This document shows, one piece after another, positions 57,432 through 64,000 of a stretch of 64,000 nucleotides of DNA. A program made the translations under genes and the position numbers. The first letter of the stretch is position 1; every line of letters starts with the position of its first letter. Source of the DNA: Planctomycetota bacterium (GTDB taxonomy: Bacteria; Planctomycetota; UBA11346); NCBI GenBank assembly GCA_003136555.1, contig PLEW01000175.1:2353-66352 (forward strand), given 5' to 3'. The notes beneath the pieces were generated by a model, which was not told where the DNA came from, made no database searches, and was given only the letters and a program-made list of their open reading frames with translations.

Positions 57432-58754
57432 ATGATGCACTGGCTCGCTGGCGCCTGGGCGCTCGCCGGACTGACGGTCACCGAAGCCATGCGCCAGCGC
57501 CTGTGGCTGCTGTTCGTGGTCGCGGTCGCCTGCTTGGTGATCCAGGCCCCCAGCCTGCAGGCGGTCGACCGCGGCGCCCAGCTGAAGCTGGCGGTGGTCG
57601 CCATCACCGGTGCGATCAGCTTCGTCATCACCCTGCTCGCGGTGCTGGTCGCGGCCACCGCTCTGCGCCGCGATCTGGATTCGCGCACGGGATTCCTGCT
57701 GTTCGCCAAGCCGCTCGCACGTTCCGCCTACCTGTGCGGCCGCTGGGCAGGCGTCCAGGCAGGGCTGCTGATCGGCATCCTGTGCCTGTGCGTGGTCGGC
57801 ACCCTGACCATGGTATGGCAGTTTCCCACCATGCCGGAGATGCGCCGGGTGATCAATCCCGCCGGCTGGGAGCAGCTCAGCGCCTTCGGTCAGGCGATCC
57901 CCATCGATGAAGCGAAGGAGCGGGTGCAGCTGAGCGGAGCGCCCGGCAACGGTGTGCGCTGGCGGTTCACCGGACTGCCGGCGCACCCGCCGAGTACCGG
58001 CATCGAGGTGCTGCTGCGCGTCGGCGTACATGGCTTCGACCCGCAGGCCAGCGTCGAAGAGGCGCTGGTGCAGGTCAGCGCCCTGCCGGCCGCCGGCGGA
58101 CCGGATGCAGCGCCGCAGGTGCTGGCCATCGATGCGCAGTCGCCCTATGGCCGCACCCGCGCCGACCAGCCGGTGTCGGCAGGCCAGGCGGTGGTGCGCG
58201 ATCGCGATGAATCGCGCACCGATCTCTCCACCGACTACTTGCGCCTGCGCCTGCCGGCGTCCTGCATCGATGCCAGCGGTGCGGCGACCATCCAGCTCAT
58301 CCGCCTCGAATCGCGGTCGGCGCTGACGATCGGGCGCAGCTCGAGCCTCAAGATCGCCGGGGCTGGAGGGAGCTTCTTCGCCAACCTCGTGCGCGGAGGA
58401 CTGGTGATGCTCGCGGGAGCGAGCCTGCTGGCGGGCTGGACCCTCGTCTGCGCCGTGGTCTCCAACATCGGCGTCACCGCCCTCGGCGGCCTGACCTTGT
58501 ATTTCGCCGGCTGCGCCCTGCCGGCGATGCGCGAGGTGATCACCTACAACGATACCTCGCTGGCCGCCAGGCGGCTGATGAACCTGGGGCTCGAGGTGCT
58601 GCCGGACTTCGAGCGCTACGGCGTGGCGGTCCGGCTGGCCGCAAGCGAGGCGGTGGACTGGTCGATGGTCCTGTCCGCCTGGAGCTATTACGGCAGCTAC
58701 ACGCTGGTCTTCCTGATCCTGGCCTGGGCGTCCTTCGCGAGGCGCGAGCTATGA
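57432..58754 (+). CDS. ABC-2-type permease with a large extracytoplasmic insertion
   Basis: N- and C-terminal TM clusters; RDLDSRTGFLLFAKP...YLCGRW motif; about 200-aa soluble middle region. Confidence 0.8.
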   Translation: MMHWLAGAWALAGLTVTEAMRQRLWLLFVVAVACLVIQAPSLQAVDRGAQLKLAVVAITGAISFVITLLAVLVAATALRRDLDSRTGFLLFAKPLARSAYLCGRWAGVQAGLLIGILCLCVVGTLTMVWQFPTMPEMRRVINPAGWEQLSAFGQAIPIDEAKERVQLSGAPGNGVRWRFTGLPAHPPSTGIEVLLRVGVHGFDPQASVEEALVQVSALPAAGGPDAAPQVLAIDAQSPYGRTRADQPVSAGQAVVRDRDESRTDLSTDYLRLRLPASCIDASGAATIQLIRLESRSALTIGRSSSLKIAGAGGSFFANLVRGGLVMLAGASLLAGWTLVCAVVSNIGVTALGGLTLYFAGCALPAMREVITYNDTSLAARRLMNLGLEVLPDFERYGVAVRLAASEAVDWSMVLSAWSYYGSYTLVFLILAWASFARREL

Positions 58755-58785
58755 TTCCGACATCGACCTGTGCGGTCACTGCGGG

Positions 58786-59850
58786 ATGAAGGACATGAGC
58801 TCGCGCACCTGCTTCATCCTGGGGCTCGTCTGCCTGCTGCTGGCGCAGGCGCTGGCTAGCGGGGTGCTGGTCGCCAAGCGCGAAGCGCTGGTGCCGAATC
58901 GCGATGTCTACGGGGCGCTCGAACCGGGCGAGTTCGCCGGCACCCTCATGCTCGGCGGCTTCCGCGGGCTGGCGTGCGACCTGCTGTGGATGCGCGCGCA
59001 GAACGCCAAGGAGCACGGCTACTACTACGAGAGCGTGGCCCTGGCCGACAGCATCAGCACGATCCAGCCGCGCTTCGAGCAGATCTGGGAATACATGGCC
59101 TGGGACATGGCCTACAACATCGCCCATGAGGTCGAGGACGAGGGCGGGCAATGGGCCTGGTTCCTTGCCGGCCTCGAGGTCAATGTCCGCGGGGTGATGC
59201 GCAATCCGCAGGGCGAACGCCTGGTGCGGCACCTCGCCTGGATGTTCCACCACAAGGGAGATGAATTCCGCACCCGCATCGAAACCACCGCCTGGGCGCC
59301 CTTGATCAACCCGGTGCTCGGGCTGATCAACGCCGAAACGCCAGCCGATCGCCGCATCGAACTGCTGCCCCCAGGGCCCGGCTTGGGCAATTACGAGATC
59401 TCCGAGCGCCTCTATATGGCGGCCATCCGCGCTGCAGAGGCCAACCATCTGCGCGTGCTGCCGTTCGTGCGCCGCATGGTCCCGATCGCCATCGAACGCG
59501 ACGGCAACCGACTGCGCAACCGCGGAGAGCATCTGCGCGCCCTCGGCCGCTATGTGACCTCCCTGCGCACCTGGCAGGAGCTGCTGGAGTGGAATCGCAA
59601 GGCGGCCTTCGGGCAGGACACCAGGCAGGATCGCGAGATCGCCACCGACATCGCGCAGCACAACGAAGGCCACCTGCTGCGCAAGACCGAGCTGCTGGCA
59701 ATGGAGCTCGCCGAGGTTCCCGCCCTGGCGAGCCAGGTGGTCGCGGATATCCACGCCAGGCGCTACGATGCCGTCGAGCGCGAACTGAAGGGACCGGGCT
59801 GGAGAGCGAGCGTTGCCCAGGCCAAGGTGAGGTGGCTCGATGAGCAGTGA
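58786..59850 (+). CDS. Uncharacterised membrane-anchored helical protein of the family often labelled 'IRE-like' in planctomycetes
   Basis: LGGFRGLACDLLWMRA and WEYMAWDMAYNI motifs; follows the ABC permease. Confidence 0.65.
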   Translation: MKDMSSRTCFILGLVCLLLAQALASGVLVAKREALVPNRDVYGALEPGEFAGTLMLGGFRGLACDLLWMRAQNAKEHGYYYESVALADSISTIQPRFEQIWEYMAWDMAYNIAHEVEDEGGQWAWFLAGLEVNVRGVMRNPQGERLVRHLAWMFHHKGDEFRTRIETTAWAPLINPVLGLINAETPADRRIELLPPGPGLGNYEISERLYMAAIRAAEANHLRVLPFVRRMVPIAIERDGNRLRNRGEHLRALGRYVTSLRTWQELLEWNRKAAFGQDTRQDREIATDIAQHNEGHLLRKTELLAMELAEVPALASQVVADIHARRYDAVERELKGPGWRASVAQAKVRWLDEQ

Positions 59851-59892
59851 CCGTGCCACGCCCGGACCGCCGCAGACGGCGGTGACGCGCCC

Positions 59893-60792
59893 ATGAGGAC
59901 CCCAGGCGGGCCCGCCGTCGCGATCGGGAAATTCGACGCCTTGCACCTGGGGCATCGCGCCCTGGCCGGACGGGCAGGCGCCTTCGGCGAGCCCACCCTG
60001 CTGCAGTTCTCCGGCATGGCCGAGATCCTCGGCTGGCCTGAGCGCGCGCCCCTGGTCGCCGCCAGCGATCGGCAGCGCGTGATCGCCGCCTGGTCGCAGC
60101 AGCTCGGCGTCGCGGTGCAGGCGCACGAACTCCCCTTCGCAACCGTGCGCTCGATGACCCCGGAGGCCTTCGTCGTCTTCCTCAGCAGCGCACTGCAGGC
60201 GCGCGCGGTGGTGGTGGGAGAGGATTTCCGCTTTGGCCGCGACCGCAGCGGCGATCTGCCGCAGCTCGCCCGCTTGGCTGAGGCGCATGGCATGGTCCTG
60301 GCGGTGGTGCCGGCGGTATGCGCCTTCGGCGCACCCATCTCCTCGTCGCGCGTGCGGGCCGCCTTGGCGGCTGGCGATGTCGCACAGACCTCCGCGTGCC
60401 TGGGACGGCCGTACCGCCTCGTCGGAAAGGTGGTGCGCGGCGACGGCCGCGGCAGGCAGCTCGGCTTCCCCACCGCCAATTGCGCCGAGCGCGAGAACCT
60501 CACCCCTGGCGGCGGAGTGTATGCCGCCTGGGCCACCGTCGGCGAAGGCAGCGATGCGCCGGTGCTGCGCGCGGCGGTGAACATCGGGCGCCTGCCGTCG
60601 GTGGGCGAGGATCGGCCGATAACCGTCGAGGCGCATTTCCTCGACCACGCGCTCGAGTGCTATGGCCGCCGGCTGGCGCTGGATCTCGTCGCCCGCCTGC
60701 GGGACGAGCAGCGCTTCGCCGATCTCGATGCCCTGCGCAGCCAGATCGCGCGCGATGTCGCTGCCGCCCGCACCCTGCTGGCCCAGCCCTGA
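59893..60792 (+). CDS. ribF: Bifunctional FAD synthetase / riboflavin kinase
   Basis: GKFDALHLGH, VGEDFRFG, ISSSRVR, GRQLGFPTAN, EAH and LRDEQRF motifs. Confidence 0.95.
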   Translation: MRTPGGPAVAIGKFDALHLGHRALAGRAGAFGEPTLLQFSGMAEILGWPERAPLVAASDRQRVIAAWSQQLGVAVQAHELPFATVRSMTPEAFVVFLSSALQARAVVVGEDFRFGRDRSGDLPQLARLAEAHGMVLAVVPAVCAFGAPISSSRVRAALAAGDVAQTSACLGRPYRLVGKVVRGDGRGRQLGFPTANCAERENLTPGGGVYAAWATVGEGSDAPVLRAAVNIGRLPSVGEDRPITVEAHFLDHALECYGRRLALDLVARLRDEQRFADLDALRSQIARDVAAARTLLAQP

Positions 60793-60821
60793 GCCCGCCT
60801 ATCACGGGCGGGACAGGCACC

Positions 60822-62945
60822 TCAATGGACGCGCTGGCCCGGCTTCGCGCCGCTGTCCGGGGCGAGCAGGAAGATGTCCGTGCTGCCCGGACCGGCGGCA
60901 ATGACCATGCCCTCGCTGACGCCGAAGCTCATCGTCCGCGGGGCGAGATTGGCGACCACGGTGACCAGCCGTCCGACCAGCGCATGCGCGTCGGGATAGG
61001 CGGTCTTGATGCCGGCGAACACCGTGCGCTGGTGGCTGCCGCCGAGGGAGAGGGTGAGCTTGAGGATCTTCTTGGCCTTCGGCACCTCCTCGGCGGAGAC
61101 GATGCGGGCGACGCGCAGGTCGAGCTTGGCGAAATCCTCGAAGGCGATGGTCGGCAGCAGCGGTTCGGCGTCCACCGCCGCGGCGTCATCGGCAGCCACC
61201 TCTTCACCCGCTGCGGCGGTCGCTTCCTGGACGGGCCGAGGAGGCGGAACCTCGCTGGCTGACGCCGCTATCATCGCCTTCACCGACTCCATCTGCAGGC
61301 GGCCGAGCAGATGCTGGAAGGGTGCGATCGGCTTGCCGACGTGCAGGCGCTGGAGGTCATCCCAGTGCGTGATGCGATCGGCGAACAGCGCCCCGGCCTG
61401 CTCGGCGAGCTTGGGCAGCACGGGTGCCAGCAGCACGGTCAGCCGCCAGAAGAGGTTGAGTGCGATGGTGCAGGCGATCTGGAGCTCCGCTGCCCGGCTC
61501 GCATCCTTGGCCAGCTTCCAGGGGGCAGCGGTCTCGACGTAGCGATTCGCCTGGTCGGCAAGCGCCATGATGCGGCGCATCGCCTCGGCGTAATCGCCGC
61601 TGTCGTACAGCGCGGAGATCTCCTCGGCGCCGCCGCGGAAGGAATCCAGCAGCTGGACGCCCTCGGCGGGCCACTGCGTCGTGTTGCCGGGGGCCAGGCC
61701 GCTGGCGGCGATGAAGTTCGCGCAGCGCGATGCGAGGTTGACCACCTTGCCGACCAGGTCGCTGTTCACCTTGTCGACGAATTCGCCCAGGTTGAGGTCG
61801 ATGTCCTCGACCTTGCGGTTGAGCTTGGAGGCGAAGTAGTAGCGCATGTAGGCGGGATCGCCGACCGTCTCGAGGTAGGTGCGGGCGCGGACGAAGGTGC
61901 CCTTGGACTTCGACATCTTCTCGCCGTCGACGGTGAGGAAGCCGTGGATGTGCACCTGGGTGGGGAGCTGGTATCCGGCTGCGGTGAGCATCGCCGGCCA
62001 GAACACGGTGTGGAAGTAGGTGATGTCCTTGCCGATGAAGTGATGGATCTCGGCAGGCTGCTGGCCGGCGTGCGCGCTGCTGGCGGGCCACCAGGACGCC
62101 ACCGGTCCGGGCAGCTTCCCGGCAGCGATCGCGTCGGTCAAGCTGGCGAGATAGCCGACCGGTGCGTCGACCCAGACATAGAAGTACTGCCCCGGCTCCC
62201 CCGGGATCTCGAAGCCGAAATAGGGCGCTGGACGGCTCACATCCCAATCCCTGAGCGGCTTGTCCGGGGCGAGGAAGGTGCCCTTGAGCCAATTGGCGAC
62301 TTCCTGCTGGAGCGGTGCGGGGGAGCGGTTCATCCACGCCTCGACCGCAGCGCGCAGCGGCTCGAGGCGGACGAAGAGATGGGTGGCGGAGCGGATCTCC
62401 GGCGTCGCGCCGGTGAGCGTGCTGACCGGGTTCTTGAGATCGGCGGGGCTGTAGGTGGTATTGCACTTGTCGCAGGAGTCGCCGTATTGATCAGGCGAGT
62501 GGCAGTTGGGGCAGGTGCCTTTGACGAAGCGATCGGCGAGGAAGCAGCCGGCCTTGGGATCGAACAGCTGGGTGACCTCCTTATGGTGGACGACCCCAGG
62601 GGCGGCGGTCAGCGCCTGCCAGAACTCACCCACCAGGCGGCGGTTCGAAGCCGAATCCGTCGAGCCGTAATGATCGAAGGCGACGGCGAAATCGGCGAAG
62701 TCCCGGTGATGGGTGACGTTCATCTCGGCGATGATGGATTGCTCGCTGCGACCCTCATTGCGAGCTCGGATCATCGTCGCCGTGCCATGGGTATCATCGG
62801 CGCAGATGTACGCAACACGATGTCCGCAAAGACGTTGGAATCGAACCCAGATATCGGCTTGGATGTATTCGACCAGATGTCCGATGTGTATGTGTCCGTT
62901 AACATACGGAAGGGCGGCCGTGACCAGTATCTGTCGGATGGGCAT
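60822..62945 (-). CDS. metG: Methionyl-tRNA synthetase with C-terminal tRNA-binding domain
   Basis: LPYVNGHIHIGH, zinc knuckles, RDWDVSR, KMSKS and a C-terminal EMAP/Trbp domain. Confidence 0.98.
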   Translation of the reverse strand: MPIRQILVTAALPYVNGHIHIGHLVEYIQADIWVRFQRLCGHRVAYICADDTHGTATMIRARNEGRSEQSIIAEMNVTHHRDFADFAVAFDHYGSTDSASNRRLVGEFWQALTAAPGVVHHKEVTQLFDPKAGCFLADRFVKGTCPNCHSPDQYGDSCDKCNTTYSPADLKNPVSTLTGATPEIRSATHLFVRLEPLRAAVEAWMNRSPAPLQQEVANWLKGTFLAPDKPLRDWDVSRPAPYFGFEIPGEPGQYFYVWVDAPVGYLASLTDAIAAGKLPGPVASWWPASSAHAGQQPAEIHHFIGKDITYFHTVFWPAMLTAAGYQLPTQVHIHGFLTVDGEKMSKSKGTFVRARTYLETVGDPAYMRYYFASKLNRKVEDIDLNLGEFVDKVNSDLVGKVVNLASRCANFIAASGLAPGNTTQWPAEGVQLLDSFRGGAEEISALYDSGDYAEAMRRIMALADQANRYVETAAPWKLAKDASRAAELQIACTIALNLFWRLTVLLAPVLPKLAEQAGALFADRITHWDDLQRLHVGKPIAPFQHLLGRLQMESVKAMIAASASEVPPPRPVQEATAAAGEEVAADDAAAVDAEPLLPTIAFEDFAKLDLRVARIVSAEEVPKAKKILKLTLSLGGSHQRTVFAGIKTAYPDAHALVGRLVTVVANLAPRTMSFGVSEGMVIAAGPGSTDIFLLAPDSGAKPGQRVH

Positions 62946-63085
62946 AGGGTCTCCGCGTCGGCATCGTCGTGGCGACCGGGTGGGTGCAAGCCTTGCCCGC
63001 GCCTGGGATTGGCACGCCCCGTGCCACGGTCGAGGGCGCCGCCATCCCAAGGGGGAGCGGTGTCGCGAATAGCGACGGAGGTGTC

Positions 63086-64000
63086 GTGCCCGAGAATACC
63101 AGTGGTGGCGAGAAGACCGAGCAGCCGACGCCCAAGCGGCTTACCGATGCCCGTGATGAGGGTCAGGTATGCATGTCGTCGGAAGTGAACATCGCGGGAC
63201 TCCTGCTGGTGGGTTTCTGCACCTTGGCAGTCATGGCTCCGCAATTCTGGAATGCCATGTCCGGGGTGATGCGCTATGCCCTGTATGAAGCCCTGAACTG
63301 GGACTTGAGCGATCACCAGAGCCTGCGCGCACTCTCCATCGAGATCGGCATGGCGCTGAAATGGCTCGTGCCATTCTTCGCGGTGATGTTCCTGACCGGC
63401 TTGGCCCTGTGCACGGCGCAGGTCGGTGTGCATATCAGCTTGAAGCCGCTCATGCCCAAGCTGTCGCGCATCAGCCCGATGACGGGCTTCGGTCGGCTCT
63501 TCGGAATGCGCGGACTGATGCGTCTGGTGGTGAATCTCTGCAAGCTCACTCTGGTCCTGCTGGTCTCGTACTACGTCATCGCCGACGATCTGCCGCGCAT
63601 CATGGGCATGAAGGGCGATGTCGGCGAGCGCCTCGCCCATGATGCCTGGCTCATCTTCGCCCTTGTCATCAAGTTGGTTGCCGTCCTGCTCATCATCGCC
63701 GCCGCGGATTACATCTATCAGCGCATCCAGTTCATCCGCGACCTCATGATGACCAAGCAGGAAGTGAAGGACGAGATGAAGCAGGCCGAGGGCGACCCGC
63801 ACATCAAGGGCCGCATCCGCAAGCTGCAGCGCGAGATGGCCAGGCGGCGCATGATGCAGGAGGTGCCCAAGGCGGATGTGGTCATCACCAACCCGACCCA
63901 CGTCGCGGTGGCGCTCAAATACGACCGTCTGAAGATGTTCGCCCCGGTCGTGGTGGCCAAGGGCTACGACGAGGTCGCGCAGCGCATCAAGGAGCTGGCG
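63086..64000 (+). CDS. flhB: Flagellar export apparatus protein FlhB (3' end outside window)
   Basis: Hand translation from GTG 63086 (GGAGGT ribosome-binding site) gives EKTEQPTPKR, MMTKQEVKDEMKQAEGDPHIK and ITNPTH (autocleavage motif near 63890). Confidence 0.95.
   Translation, partial: MPENTSGGEKTEQPTPKRLTDARDEGQVCMSSEVNIAGLLLVGFCTLAVMAPQFWNAMSGVMRYALYEALNWDLSDHQSLRALSIEIGMALKWLVPFFAVMFLTGLALCTAQVGVHISLKPLMPKLSRISPMTGFGRLFGMRGLMRLVVNLCKLTLVLLVSYYVIADDLPRIMGMKGDVGERLAHDAWLIFALVIKLVAVLLIIAAADYIYQRIQFIRDLMMTKQEVKDEMKQAEGDPHIKGRIRKLQREMARRRMMQEVPKADVVITNPTHVAVALKYDRLKMFAPVVVAKGYDEVAQRIKELA

Overview
GC-rich bacterial chromosomal segment, gene-dense and mostly housekeeping. The gene repertoire suggests a flagellated Planctomycetota-like organism (inference, not tested). 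Core genes: hemY (5'-truncated), wecB, hisB, coaD, trpD, araD, dnaE, rpsU, birA, fabV, ilvB/ilvN, rlmN (frameshifted), purE, radA, sixA, argG, cimA, purB, ribF, metG and flhB (3'-truncated, absent from the ORF track). I recognised no rRNA, tRNA, CRISPR array, transposase or integrase. The most interesting elements are: (1) a compact candidate lipid-linked sugar transfer system with WecB, a DPM1-like GT2, a UPF0104 flippase and two paralogous TMTC-like GT-C/TPR proteins; (2) a stand-alone D2-only Clp ATPase that keeps both the GYVG pore loop and an IGF ClpP-docking motif; (3) a co-oriented run eboA-eboB-FGE lipoprotein-heparinase-like-larE-larB with no larC/larA or eboC-F in the window; (4) a NifU-like protein whose scaffold cysteines are lost; (5) a VKOR-DsbA fusion; (6) an ABC ATPase/permease/uncharacterised partner module; (7) a frameshift in rlmN; (8) a codon-usage anomaly across the metG/flhB junction. 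All assignments come from reading motifs by eye; no database searches were run. Start codons were re-chosen by hand where the ORF track over-extends.
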